A DNA stretch of 49,316 nt from Deltaproteobacteria bacterium (GTDB lineage: Bacteria; Desulfobacterota; B13-G15; RBG-16-54-18). The stretch covers positions 1 to 49,316 of the forward strand of contig DAOVGN010000066.1 of assembly GCA_030672385.1 (NCBI GenBank), read 5' to 3'. Positions 28,625 to 38,249 of this stretch are shown one piece after another. The notes under the pieces were generated by a model. It was not told the origin of the DNA. It saw only the letters and a list, made by a program, of their open reading frames with translations, and did not search any database. The translations under genes were made by a program, and so were the position numbers. How positions within the stretch are numbered: the first letter of the stretch is position 1; each line of letters starts with the position of its first letter.

Positions 28625-29533
28625 GTGTCTGACTTAGAGAGTAAGGAGTATTTAGACCCCAAGGCCATCATCACCCTCATCATCTTGACCCTGCTTTGGG
28701 GTTTTAACTACACTGCCATCAAATACTCCAACCAAGGGGTATCTCCGGTCTTCGCCTCCGCGCTGCGCTCCATCATCGCTTCGATCTGCGGGGTGATCTA
28801 TTGCTTGAGGAAGGGGGAGAGGTTATTCCACACCGATATCATGCTCTTTCATGGATTCATGGTAGGCCTCTTATTCGGCCTGGAGTTCGCCTGTATATAC
28901 TTTGGGATGCTTTACACAGATGCCGCCCGCTCCGTGGTCTTCGTCTACCTGAGCCCCTTTGTGGTGGCTGTGGGGGCCCATTTCTTTCTCAGGGGAGACC
29001 GGCTGACCTTTTTAAAGACCTTGGGCCTCATCCTGGCGTTTATGGGAATATTCGCCGTCTTTCATGGAAGGCCAGAGACGGCCAAGCCTACCATGTTCAT
29101 CGGGGATATCTTGGAGATCATGGCGGCCTTCCTCTGGGGGGCTACTACTCTCTATATCAAGAGGTTTATGGCAGAAAAGATCCACCCAATAAACACCTTT
29201 CTGTACCAGCTCTTCTTCTCCATACCTATCCTGCTAGTTGTGAGCTTTATCCTTGAGCCACAATGGGTCTACAGAATCGACTTCGCCATTGCTGCCTCCA
29301 TCTTCTATCAATCGGTCATCGTTGCCTTTTTGAGCTACTTTGTCTGGTTCAAGCTAATACACAGCTATTCGGTGAGCAGACTCTCCGCCTTTACCTTTTT
29401 CACCCCCATCTTCGGGGTCCTCTTCGGCACCATCTTCCTCAGCGAGGAATTCACCTATTCTTTGATGGTCGGCCTCCCCATGGTATCCATGGGGATCTTC
29501 TTCGTGAATTGGAGGAAAAGGACGGCAGGGTAA
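28625..29533 (+). CDS. DMT-superfamily (EamA) transporter
   Basis: 302 aa with ten hydrophobic segments in two EamA-like halves. GTG start. Confidence 0.8.
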   Translation: MSDLESKEYLDPKAIITLIILTLLWGFNYTAIKYSNQGVSPVFASALRSIIASICGVIYCLRKGERLFHTDIMLFHGFMVGLLFGLEFACIYFGMLYTDAARSVVFVYLSPFVVAVGAHFFLRGDRLTFLKTLGLILAFMGIFAVFHGRPETAKPTMFIGDILEIMAAFLWGATTLYIKRFMAEKIHPINTFLYQLFFSIPILLVVSFILEPQWVYRIDFAIAASIFYQSVIVAFLSYFVWFKLIHSYSVSRLSAFTFFTPIFGVLFGTIFLSEEFTYSLMVGLPMVSMGIFFVNWRKRTAG

Positions 29534-29608
29534 AGATCAAACCCTTCCCTCTTTCGCTCCTTTCAGCGATTCTCCCATCCTTCACCATCCTCCATGTTTG
29601 AATTCCCC

Positions 29609-29887
29609 TCATGCCCTCATCCCCCACAAAATCCAGATGCCGATGGCGATAAATCCCATACCGGCGATTAGCTTGATGACCTGAGGGGAGACCCAGCGAC
29701 TAACCTGAGATCCGATGACGACCGCCATCAAGGTCGTCAGCACCAAGGCCGAGGAGGCGGCTAGGAACAGGCCGACCTTACTCATCTCCCTATCAGAGGC
29801 GAGCAACAGGGTCGCCATCTGGGTCTTATCACCCAGCTCGGCAAGGAAAATGGCAAAAAAGACGCCAGCAAGCATTTTATAGGCCAT
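29609..29887 (-). CDS. UPF0016 (GDT1/TMEM165) half-size membrane protein
   Basis: 92 aa. Hallmark E-x-G-D-K-T motif (FLAELGDKTQ). Single-repeat form. Confidence 0.8.
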   Translation of the reverse strand: MAYKMLAGVFFAIFLAELGDKTQMATLLLASDREMSKVGLFLAASSALVLTTLMAVVIGSQVSRWVSPQVIKLIAGMGFIAIGIWILWGMRA

Positions 29888-29972
29888 CCCTTCCTCCTTC
29901 CTTATTTTCTCTTATAACATCATGTTGCTACCCCCCGCTGATGAGAAGAGAGACACCATGATAAATAGCAGA

Positions 29973-30665
29973 TCATCCCCTCTGCAGCATCCTCTTATAC
30001 CAGACGAACCAGGGGGTATCCAAAAAGCCGATGATGTTCTTGCTAACGATCTGGCCTATAATGAGGGGAAGGATGGGCATAACCCCGTAGAAGGCCAGGG
30101 GTACAAAGATCACGCTGTCCAGAGTCAGGTCCAGGAGATCACTGGTGATGCTCCGCAGCCATATCCGCCTCTCGTACTTCTTCTTTAACCAAGAAAATAC
30201 GTAAGCATCCAGGTTCTGACAGATTAGAAAGGCGATCCAGGAGGCCGCCGTAATCCTTATCCCCAAACTAAATATCCCCTGCCATGCCTCCTCAAAGGGG
30301 AAAAAGGGGGCAGGGGAGAGGCTGTTTACCATGGCGATAAAGGTCACGAGCAATACCTGGGTGATAAAGGCGATGATTATCGCCAGATGGGCCTTCTTTC
30401 TCCCATAGACCTCATTGATCATATCTATGGCCTGGGCGATAAAGGGATATATGAACACGGCGGCGGGGGCGAAAACCCGATAAACCCCCAGATCAAATTC
30501 CACGATCCTGACTGCCATGATCTGGGAGGCGCCCAGGTATATGGTGTAAAAGGCCACCAGCGCTGCAAACCCATGCTCAGGAAATTTCTTTACGATGTAA
30601 GCGCTGGCGTAGGTGACGATGGTCAAACTGACCATCCAATAGATCCAAACCGTCGGAACGGGCAT
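29973..30665 (-). CDS. yhhQ: queuosine-precursor transporter (YhhQ/VUT family)
   Basis: Polytopic. CQNLDAYVFSWLKKK and TSDLLDLTLDSVIF motifs. ATG 30665, with GGAG 9 nt upstream, is preferred over the track GTG 30695. Confidence 0.78.
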   Translation of the reverse strand: MPVPTVWIYWMVSLTIVTYASAYIVKKFPEHGFAALVAFYTIYLGASQIMAVRIVEFDLGVYRVFAPAAVFIYPFIAQAIDMINEVYGRKKAHLAIIIAFITQVLLVTFIAMVNSLSPAPFFPFEEAWQGIFSLGIRITAASWIAFLICQNLDAYVFSWLKKKYERRIWLRSITSDLLDLTLDSVIFVPLAFYGVMPILPLIIGQIVSKNIIGFLDTPWFVWYKRMLQRG

Positions 30666-30717
30666 CTTTATAACTCCATAATAGTTACTTTTCACAAACC
30701 TTGTCTAACTTTCTTGC

Positions 30718-30747
30718 AAGATACCTTCTCCACCTTACCTATGTCAA
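30718..30747 (-). promoter_or_regulatory. possible sigma70-like promoter for yhhQ
   Basis: On the minus strand: TTGACA (30747-30742), an 18-nt spacer, then TATCTT (30723-30718). Confidence 0.3.
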
Positions 30748-30774
30748 CTCGGAATTAGACAGGGAGGGAAAAGG

Positions 30775-30804
30775 TTGACACCCCCCGAAAAACTATTCCA
30801 TAAT
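30775..30804 (+). promoter_or_regulatory. possible sigma70-like promoter for the ABC permease/ampD unit
   Basis: TTGACA (30775-30780), an 18-nt spacer, then CATAAT (30799-30804). Divergent from the yhhQ promoter. Confidence 0.35.
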
Positions 30805-30911
30805 GATGTCACCTTACCGTAAAAATATTACCGGAAGCAGAAACGTCCGAGGTTGCTCGATCCCCACGGTATCTTCGGGGTTCAGGCAAAACCTCATGAG
30901 GGACTGGAAAG

Positions 30912-31715
30912 ATGGGAAACAGATTGACCTGGGTAGGACTGGTTATCATCGCCCTCTTGGTCGGTACTGCCCTATTTGCCCCGCTTCTGGCCCCCTATGA
31001 CCCTATGGCCATCGACCTAACGGGTGAACTGGAGGGGCCTAGAGCTGGCCATCCCCTAGGGCAGGATAAATTGGGTAGAGATATCCTCAGTCAAATCATT
31101 TACGGCTCACGGGTCTCCCTCTTGGTGGGCCTGGTTGTGGTGGGCATCTCCCTGGTCATAGGGGTTGCCTTGGGGGCCCTGGCCGGTTATTTTGGAGGCG
31201 TCCTCGATACCATCATGATGCGAATAGTAGACATCCTGTTGGCCTTTCCGGGTATCCTGCTGGCCATCGCCCTAGCGGGAATACTCGGCCCCAGTCTGAG
31301 GAATATCATTCTTGCCCTGTGCGTCCTGGGTTGGGTGGGATATGCTAGACTCGCGCGCGCCCAGGTCCTTGCAGAGAAGAACAGGGAATACGTCCTGGCA
31401 GCCAAGGCCCTAGGAGGAAGCCACCCCAGGATCATTCTCCGGCACATCCTGCCAAATGTGTTCGCCCCGCTCATTGTGGAGGCCACCTTCGGTCTAGCGG
31501 GGGTGATCCTAGCCGAGTCAAGCCTCAGTTTTTTGGGGTTGGGACCCCAAGATGTACCCACCTGGGGTAGGCTCCTAAATGAAGGGGCACAATACCTCCT
31601 GTTCGCCCCCCATGTCGCTACCTTCCCAGGGATGGCCACCATGCTCACGATCTTGGGGTTCAACTTCCTCGGGGACGGTCTGCGCAATAGATGGGATGTC
31701 AAGAGATTGGCATGA
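30912..31715 (+). CDS. ABC transporter permease, oligopeptide/dipeptide DppC/OppC type
   Basis: 267 aa. N-terminal motif LFAPLLAPYDP and the EAA-loop region AAKALGGSHPRIILRHILPN. Confidence 0.85.
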   Translation: MGNRLTWVGLVIIALLVGTALFAPLLAPYDPMAIDLTGELEGPRAGHPLGQDKLGRDILSQIIYGSRVSLLVGLVVVGISLVIGVALGALAGYFGGVLDTIMMRIVDILLAFPGILLAIALAGILGPSLRNIILALCVLGWVGYARLARAQVLAEKNREYVLAAKALGGSHPRIILRHILPNVFAPLIVEATFGLAGVILAESSLSFLGLGPQDVPTWGRLLNEGAQYLLFAPHVATFPGMATMLTILGFNFLGDGLRNRWDVKRLA

Positions 31716-32254
31716 AGATTAAAAGAGTACCGAGCCCCAACTTCTCAATCCGGGATGGCCACCAGGTGGATATGATCGTCATCCACACCATAAGCCTACC
31801 CCCTGGGGAGTTCGGCACGGGCTATGTCTTGGACCTCTTTCTGAATAGATTAGACCCGTCAGCTCACCCATACTTCCAGGAATTGGAGGGGACAAAGGTC
31901 TCCGCCCATTACTTTATCGATCGGAAAGGGAAGATCATTGAACTGGTGGACCCCGACCAAATGGCCTGGCACGCAGGCGAAAGCTCCTTTGAGGGGAGGG
32001 ATGGTTGTAACCCTTTCGCCATCGGTATCGAGCTGGAGGGGACCCCAGACCACCCCTTTGCCGAAGAGCAATATAGTTCTCTGGTGGAGTTATGCGTGAT
32101 GTTGATGGAGAGATATCCTCTGATCACTCCGGAGAGGATAGTGGGACACTCTGATATCGCTCCAGGGAGAAAGGAGGATCCAGGTCCTTTCTTCTCATGG
32201 GGGAGATTTAAAGATGAATTGGGCAGGAAATTGAAAGCAAATGCCCGAGGATAA
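31712..32254 (+). CDS. ampD: N-acetylmuramoyl-L-alanine amidase, AmpD type (amidase_2)
   Basis: ATG 31712 overlaps the permease stop (ATGA). SPNFS...IVIHTISLPPGEFG, HYFIDRKG, AWHAG and the HSDIAPGRKEDPG motif. Confidence 0.85.
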   Translation: MKIKRVPSPNFSIRDGHQVDMIVIHTISLPPGEFGTGYVLDLFLNRLDPSAHPYFQELEGTKVSAHYFIDRKGKIIELVDPDQMAWHAGESSFEGRDGCNPFAIGIELEGTPDHPFAEEQYSSLVELCVMLMERYPLITPERIVGHSDIAPGRKEDPGPFFSWGRFKDELGRKLKANARG

Positions 32255-32303
32255 ATAAACACAAGGTATCTGAGACACAAGAGGTCTTTAAGGGAGGTGG
32301 CCG

Positions 32304-33089
32304 ATGCCCATTATCGAGGCCTACGGCATGAGGGGAAATGTAGTCTTGGGGCAGGGAAAAAGAGAAGGGGGGGAGAACTCCCTGGTCTTCATCCATGGGG
32401 CAGGGGGTAATTATACCACCTGGTATCCTCAAAGGGATTACTTCAGCCGAGATTTCAACGTCTTTATCATGGAGCTCCCCGGACATGGAGCGGCCCATGG
32501 GGAGGGGGCCGACGAGATCAGTAGCTATGCCCTCTGGATTAAGGGGACCTTAGATGAACTGAGTGTGGAAAGGCCCTTCTTGATCGGGCATTCCATGGGA
32601 GGGGCCATCACCATGGATCTGGCACTGAGGTTTCCGGCACTCTCCAAGGGTTTGATCCTGGTGAGCACAGGGGCAAGGCTGCGGGTGGATCCCCGCATCT
32701 TAAATGGGATCAAGGAGGACTTCCCCCAAGCAGTGAAACTCATCTCTCAATTCGCATTTGCAAAAGACATCCCCCATGAGACGATGGGCTTGTGGATAGA
32801 GGAGATGAAGAAGAACACCCCTAACATACTACACGGGGACTTCACCGCCTGTGACCGGTTCGATATCATGGAGGAAGTAACGAGGATCAAAAACCCCACC
32901 CTGGTCATCTGCGGCGATCAAGATGTCTTGTCCCCGATCAAGTTCGCCCGTTATCTGGCCGAGAAGATACCCAGGGCCCACCTGGAGATCGTAGAGGGGG
33001 CAGGACATATGGTGATGTTGGAGCGCCCCGAGGAGTTCAACAAAAAGCTGGAGGCCTTCTTCCGCTCCGTGGATCAGGGAGATGCCTAG
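32304..33089 (+). CDS. alpha/beta-fold hydrolase
   Basis: 261 aa. HG oxyanion motif FIHGAGG, nucleophile elbow GHSMGG, C-terminal GAGHM. Confidence 0.8.
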   Translation: MPIIEAYGMRGNVVLGQGKREGGENSLVFIHGAGGNYTTWYPQRDYFSRDFNVFIMELPGHGAAHGEGADEISSYALWIKGTLDELSVERPFLIGHSMGGAITMDLALRFPALSKGLILVSTGARLRVDPRILNGIKEDFPQAVKLISQFAFAKDIPHETMGLWIEEMKKNTPNILHGDFTACDRFDIMEEVTRIKNPTLVICGDQDVLSPIKFARYLAEKIPRAHLEIVEGAGHMVMLERPEEFNKKLEAFFRSVDQGDA

Positions 33090-33813
33090 AGTCTATATTC
33101 CCGCTGAGAGGATTGAGGGCGAACAGATCACCCTCCAGTCCAGGGAGGCGCGGTACATCCTTAAAGTCCTGCGTCTAGACCTTGGTGATAAGGTGATGGT
33201 GTTCGACGGGGAGGGGGGTGAATATCTGACCGAGCTATGCGAGGATTACCAGGAAGGGGTATATCTGGCGGTAAAGGAGGCGTTGAGACCGGAGAGAGAA
33301 TCCCACCTGAAGATAACCCTCGGCCAGGGGCTTTTGAAGGGGGAAAAGATGAAATTCGTGATCCAGAAGGCCACAGAACTGGGGGCCGACAGGATCGTCC
33401 CCCTCGCCACCTACCGCTCTGTTCCTATTTTGGAAGGTGAGAGGGAATCGCTCAGGGTAGGGAGGTGGCGGAGGATCGCCCAGGAAGCGGCCAAACAGTG
33501 CGGCAGGACAATGGTACCCCATGTGGAGACAGTCCGTGAGCTGGAAGATTTCCTCTCTCAGAGAGAAGGAACAAAGTTGATCCTCTGGGAGGAAGAATCC
33601 ACCCCCCTGCGGGAGGTGTTGGAAAAGGTCGACCTTTCATCGGGGATCAGCGTCCTCATCGGACCTGAGGGGGGGTTCTCAGAAGAAGAGGTTTCCTCTG
33701 CCCAGACCCATGGCTTCCTCGTCGCCGGACTGGGGCAACGGGTCCTGCGGGCCGAGACTGCGGCCATAAGTGTTCTGAGCATCCTGCAGCACCTCTTCGG
33801 CGACTTGGGATGA
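33082..33813 (+). CDS. rsmE: 16S rRNA (uracil1498-N3)-methyltransferase RsmE
   Basis: 243 aa. PUA-like N-terminus (RVYIP...HILKVLRL) and the SPOUT C-terminus LIGPEGGFSEEE. Confidence 0.88.
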   Translation: MPRVYIPAERIEGEQITLQSREARYILKVLRLDLGDKVMVFDGEGGEYLTELCEDYQEGVYLAVKEALRPERESHLKITLGQGLLKGEKMKFVIQKATELGADRIVPLATYRSVPILEGERESLRVGRWRRIAQEAAKQCGRTMVPHVETVRELEDFLSQREGTKLILWEEESTPLREVLEKVDLSSGISVLIGPEGGFSEEEVSSAQTHGFLVAGLGQRVLRAETAAISVLSILQHLFGDLG

Positions 33814-33969
33814 AAATGAAGGTCTTTGGCCGCTACAAGGACCTAAGAGCCCAGTGTATAGCGCTGCTCCCTTCGTAATAGCGTATGTCAGGAACAGCCC
33901 CTGTAATTCGTAAAATTTACTACTCATTTATCTTCTCAAAGAACCAAATTTGGCAATTTGGCTCCATTC

Positions 33970-33998
33970 TTGACAATAAACAGATTTTCAATTAGTAT
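33970..33998 (+). promoter_or_regulatory. sigma70-like promoter with a long leader upstream of the 144-aa gene
   Basis: TTGACA (33970-33975), a 17-nt spacer, then TAGTAT (33993-33998). The implied leader is about 135 nt and contains hairpin CCACA-aatatc-TGTGG (34047-34062). Confidence 0.45.
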
Positions 33999-34139
33999 TT
34001 TATATAGTTACTTCTGCTATCTTTAAAGAGGCTAGCATCACTGTAACCACAAATATCTGTGGAAGGGGAGGGTGAGAACAGAATTTCATAAGGGTCCTTT
34101 GCCAGAGGAAAGAAGTCCTTTAGAAAAGGAGGTGATCGT

Positions 34140-34574
34140 ATGACTGCAAATAAGGTGGTTGTACATTATAAGGACGGAACAATTCTAAAGGGGACAACTG
34201 CAGACTTTCTTGCAAAGAGGCCGGTGTTTCATCTTAGTGTTGGAGGAATTCAAAGCGAGGAGGTCAAGGAAGTTTTTGTGGATGACCTTAAAGCCGTTTT
34301 TTTTGTTAAGGATTTCAGTGGCGATAAGAATTATAAGGAAATCAAGGACCTTGACAGCCGTCCCGGTTCAGGAAAAAAAGTAAAGGCTGTGTTCAAAGAT
34401 GGGGAAGCTATTTTAGGTTACACTCACTCAATCAACTTTGAGCAGCTTGGACTCTTTCTCGTTCCTGTTGATCCAAATAGTAACAACGAAAGAGTCTTCA
34501 CTGTCTTTTCATCTTTAACGGAATTAGAAATAAATGACTCTCCTGTTAGCCTTAGCAGCATCAAGGAGGGTTAA
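34140..34574 (+). CDS. hypothetical protein with two internal V-x-V-x-[YF]-KDG-x-[IL]-x-G repeats
   Basis: 144 aa. Strong RBS AAGGAGGTGATCGT before the ATG. Repeat 1 is VVVHYKDGTILKGT and repeat 2 is VKAVFKDGEAILGY. No family confidently recognised. Confidence 0.6.
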   Translation: MTANKVVVHYKDGTILKGTTADFLAKRPVFHLSVGGIQSEEVKEVFVDDLKAVFFVKDFSGDKNYKEIKDLDSRPGSGKKVKAVFKDGEAILGYTHSINFEQLGLFLVPVDPNSNNERVFTVFSSLTELEINDSPVSLSSIKEG

Positions 34575-34924
34575 GGGCCACGGCTGCTGTCGATAGGCCT
34601 CTGGAAAATGTACCTGAGATACTAAACCTTGCAGATGGTTCAGGCGAGATACTCTGGACGGATCAGTAGGGTGATGGATATTTCTGCAGCTTTGATTTTG
34701 GAGCCTCGGCCATGTTGACCGTCAGGGTAGAGTTGCCAAAGACCTATCAATGGATATACAAGGAATACCAAGTGGAATTTTATCACAACTGTTGTGAGAT
34801 CTGCAAGCTGATGGCCGAGGACTTCAGCGGGAAGAGAGGAAAATGTTTAAACAAACTCGAAAAGTACTATATTCAGACTCATATTTTAGTCTAGAAAAGC
34901 AAACTTATACAAAGGGAACGTAAC

Positions 34925-35143
34925 ATGCCAATATTTGAATATCACTGTATGGAGTGCAATAAAGATTTTGAAGTCTTGGTTCTCGGTGACCAAGAAGTCT
35001 CTTGTCCTATATGCGAAGGCAATAAGGTGAAGAAGCTTCTTTCTACCTTCAGCCACAAGAGCGACGGTGAGTTTTCAAGTTCCCAGGGCTCTTCCTGCAG
35101 TTCCTGCAGCGCCACCAGTTGCAAGACCTGTGGCGTTTCATAA
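34925..35143 (+). CDS. FmdB-family zinc-ribbon protein
   Basis: 72 aa. MPIFEYHCMECNKDFEVL...CPICEG..VKKL, followed by a Ser/Cys-rich tail. Confidence 0.85.
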   Translation: MPIFEYHCMECNKDFEVLVLGDQEVSCPICEGNKVKKLLSTFSHKSDGEFSSSQGSSCSSCSATSCKTCGVS

Positions 35144-35289
35144 TCAAGGTAACTATCATGCACTGCCTTGAGGGGCACCCTTGAGAAATGGAAATCTGGG
35201 TCCTTTTTTTCAACGTAACGAGGATTAAATTCCAGGAAGCCTCTGCATGGGCGATAGAAACATAGATATCATCCTCGGGTAATAAAACT

Positions 35290-36276
35290 ATGAATCATCT
35301 GCTCAGAATGATCTACTTTATCGTGCACAGAACGATCTCTTCTGAAGATACACCTGTTGGAGGACAAGCCGTCATCGAAGGTGTAATGATGCGTGCGCCA
35401 AAGAGAATAACTACGGCTGTACGCAAACCTGACAGGGAAATCCTGATCAAAAGTGATCCTTATATAGCTTTCTCACAACGATACAAGGTCTTGAATATCC
35501 CTATCCTGCGGGGTGCTGCAACGTTCTTTGAAATGTTGTTCATAGGAATCCGGGCGTTAAATTTTTCTGCTGATGTAGCCCTCGTGGAACAAGAAAAGGC
35601 TGAAAAGGGTGTGGATTGGGAACGCCCGCAAGGTCAAAAGATCAAAGATGGGCTTATGTTGGCAGGAAGCATAGTGCTTGCCTTCGCGGTCGCTATCGTC
35701 ATTTTCTTTGCCCTACCCTTGTTTCTTACCGAGGTCATTGGACTGTCAAAGAATGCCCTACCATTTAATATGGTAGCGGGAACCATACGAGTTAGCTTTT
35801 TCTTGGCCTATCTGTTGGCCATCAGCCAGTGGAAGGAAATCAGACGGATCTTTGAGTATCATGGCGCAGAGCACAAGAGTGTCAATGCCTTCGAGTCAGG
35901 TGAAGAACTCAGTATCGAGAATCTACATAAGTATAGCACCTATCACCCCCGCTGCGGGACCAGCTTTTTGTTAATTGTGGTAATGCTAGCAATCTTCCTG
36001 TTTGCGGTTGCCGATACCATCGTCGAAATAAATATAGGCCACAGGCCTACTCTCTTACAGAGATTCATCACACACTTTTCACTTTTGCCTCTACTGGGTG
36101 GGATCTCTTTCGAGCTGCTAAAACTAACCGGCAAGAAACGCAACAACCGGTATATGCAGTGGTTGGCAGCTCCTGGCCTCTGGCTGCAGAAGATAACAAC
36201 CAAGGAACCGGATGACGCTCAGCTGGAGGTAGCCATTGTGGCGCTGAAAAGTGCCCTGGAAGAATCAAAATCCTAA
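35290..36276 (+). CDS. DUF1385 domain membrane protein
   Basis: 328 aa. VGGQAVIEGVMMRAP and EYHGAEHK motifs. Confidence 0.82.
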   Translation: MNHLLRMIYFIVHRTISSEDTPVGGQAVIEGVMMRAPKRITTAVRKPDREILIKSDPYIAFSQRYKVLNIPILRGAATFFEMLFIGIRALNFSADVALVEQEKAEKGVDWERPQGQKIKDGLMLAGSIVLAFAVAIVIFFALPLFLTEVIGLSKNALPFNMVAGTIRVSFFLAYLLAISQWKEIRRIFEYHGAEHKSVNAFESGEELSIENLHKYSTYHPRCGTSFLLIVVMLAIFLFAVADTIVEINIGHRPTLLQRFITHFSLLPLLGGISFELLKLTGKKRNNRYMQWLAAPGLWLQKITTKEPDDAQLEVAIVALKSALEESKS

Positions 36277-36348
36277 ACCACTTTTTTTCCTTCCCCCGGT
36301 TTGACTGTATCATGTCAACTTTCAGCTGGAATCAAGATCTCCACAATA

Positions 36349-36828
36349 TTAAAACATCTCTTTAACATAAAAGAAAAGTATAACTCCAGAGAAAGCCAAT
36401 TTTAGTCCAATGCCCACCATGTTTCCGATAAAGACACCCCACCCGGCTCGCAGCGCCTTTTTCCCCTCTTTGCCAACTACTAGTTCTCCGGCAAATGCTC
36501 CCACAAAAGCACCGATAAGCATTCCCCATGGCGGGAAGAAGAAAAGCCCTATCAGCATTCCGATGATTGAACACCACACCCCTACTTTCGACGCCCCATA
36601 CCTTTTTGCCCCGGCGGCAGGAACTACATAGTCCACAATAGTCAGTACTATCGCTAGACCTGCCATAATAATCAAAAATGCCGAACTAAACGGCTCCCAA
36701 TTTTTGGCGTAGGAAAGTATGAGTAAGGCCAAAAAACTGAGAGGAGGACCCGGTATTACAGGTAGAATGCAGCCGGCCAGCCCAACCAGCGCAACAAGCA
36801 ATCCAAGGATTATCAATGTAATCGTCAA
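36349..36828 (-). CDS. DUF456 domain membrane protein
   Basis: 159 aa with four hydrophobic helices. GLAGCILPVIPGPPLSF is a typical N-terminus for the family. Confidence 0.75.
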   Translation of the reverse strand: MTITLIILGLLVALVGLAGCILPVIPGPPLSFLALLILSYAKNWEPFSSAFLIIMAGLAIVLTIVDYVVPAAGAKRYGASKVGVWCSIIGMLIGLFFFPPWGMLIGAFVGAFAGELVVGKEGKKALRAGWGVFIGNMVGIGLKLAFSGVILFFYVKEMF

Positions 36829-36992
36829 CGTTACACCCCTGGTGGATTATTGAAGAGTACAATTAAGTATAACATTACAACACACCGTTAAAAAATAAAA
36901 TAAAAGGAATATAGCGTTCGGTCTTGACATTACGGCACAGACGATTAATATTCACTATATCAAAACCCTCTGAGGCAAGGATAGGAGATAAC

Positions 36993-37958
36993 ATGGAGAT
37001 TACGGAAATCAAGTTAAAGGAATTAGATACTGAGAAATTCATCGCGGAAAAGGTTGAAGAGATTTCCTCGATTGTCGGTGATGGCTTGGCTATCAATGCC
37101 CTATCCGGCGGTGTCGATTCGTCAGTTGTTACCATGATTGGTCACAAGGCGTTGGGTAATCGATTAATAACATACTTTATTGAAAACGGTCTGATGAGGG
37201 AGGGAGAACCTGAACATATTGTTTCACTGTTTAAAGACTTAGGAGTACCTGTTGAGCTTGTCGATGCCCAAAAGACCTTTTTTAAAGCATTAAAGGGCCT
37301 CACCGACCCGGAAAAAAAGAGAGAGGCGATCACGCGGGCATTCTACAAGGATGTCTTCGGTAAGCTGGTGAAAAAGACCAGTGCAAAATATCTTCTGCAA
37401 GGCACTAACTACACAGATATAGAAGAGACCGTTGCCGGGATCAAAAGGCAGCATAATATCCTTGAACAGATCGGGATCGATCCGAAGGCAATATACGGGT
37501 ATGAGGTTATAGAACCGTTGGTCCAGCTTCGGAAATCAGCAATCAGAAAGGTCGCTAAAACACTAAATCTGCCAGAGGAGATATATAACCGGCCGCCTTT
37601 TCCTGGACCAGCCCTGGCTGCACGGGTAATCGGGGAGGTTACACCCGAGAGGGTAAAGCTTGTGAGACAGGCGACCAGGATTGTGGAGGATGAGTTATCT
37701 AGTAGCAGGGCATTTCAATACTTGGCGATCCTCCATGAGGATAGGGTTACCGGGATACGTGATGGAAGGAGAGATTTCGGCTTGCAAATCGAGGTTAGGT
37801 GCTGGGAAAGCACGGATGCGAAGAGAGGATCACCCACCATGCTTCCCTCTAAGGTTTTGGAGCGACTAGCAGAGCGAATTACAGCCGAGGTGCCCGGAGT
37901 TATCAGCGTTACCTATAACATAACCAAAAAACCACCTTCAACGATAGAGGCGGTGTAG
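36993..37958 (+). CDS. GMP synthase-like ATP pyrophosphatase (GuaA C-terminal / subunit B type), stand-alone
   Basis: ATG 36993 follows AGGATAGGAGA. PP-loop SGGVDSSV. The dimerisation-domain motif EPL..LRK...R.VA..L.LP......PFPGPALAARV. No glutamine amidotransferase domain in the gene or adjacent to it. Confidence 0.8.
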   Translation: MEITEIKLKELDTEKFIAEKVEEISSIVGDGLAINALSGGVDSSVVTMIGHKALGNRLITYFIENGLMREGEPEHIVSLFKDLGVPVELVDAQKTFFKALKGLTDPEKKREAITRAFYKDVFGKLVKKTSAKYLLQGTNYTDIEETVAGIKRQHNILEQIGIDPKAIYGYEVIEPLVQLRKSAIRKVAKTLNLPEEIYNRPPFPGPALAARVIGEVTPERVKLVRQATRIVEDELSSSRAFQYLAILHEDRVTGIRDGRRDFGLQIEVRCWESTDAKRGSPTMLPSKVLERLAERITAEVPGVISVTYNITKKPPSTIEAV

Positions 37959-37992
37959 TTCTAGTTTTGAGGTTGGAAAAATAATTCCCTTC

Positions 37993-38040
37993 CTTATTGT
38001 CCTATCATATCAACAATACTCAGGCAACAGAAAGACCCCT
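37993..38040. repeat. copy A of a roughly 48-nt imperfect direct repeat
   Basis: CTTATTGTCCTATCATATCA plus ACAATACTCAGGCAACAGAAAGACCCCT. Hand alignment to copy B gives 18/20 and 24/28 identities. Confidence 0.7.
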
Positions 38041-38249
38041 TTTGAGGGGCCGGTTTGCCGAATGTATTTTAGAGGTGTGAACCTTATTTTCCTCAAACTA
38101 TTTGCCACATGTCAACGGGATGATCCCAAGCCTTGCCATCAGGGGCACGTCTCGCTGTGCCCTATTTAAAAGTATCATGGGCCCAGCAATCGGGAGACGG
38201 GAAAAGACTGGGTGAGATCCATCTTGTAATGGATAATGGTATCGAATTG

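Noticed and set aside
30666-30760. Possible preQ1 riboswitch upstream of the yhhQ-like transporter
   Set aside because: YhhQ genes are often preQ1-regulated, so I read the minus-strand leader (GCAAGAAAGTTAGACAAGGTTTGTGAAAAGTAACTATTATGGAG). I could not fit the preQ1-I/II/III hallmark P1 stem plus the CCC...A-rich tail/pseudoknot. An Infernal scan would be needed to be sure.
34712-34894. 60-aa ORF between the 144-aa gene and the FmdB gene
   Set aside because: It has no convincing RBS and no recognisable family. It could be real (it is Cys-containing, with CCEIC), but the evidence is insufficient to call it.
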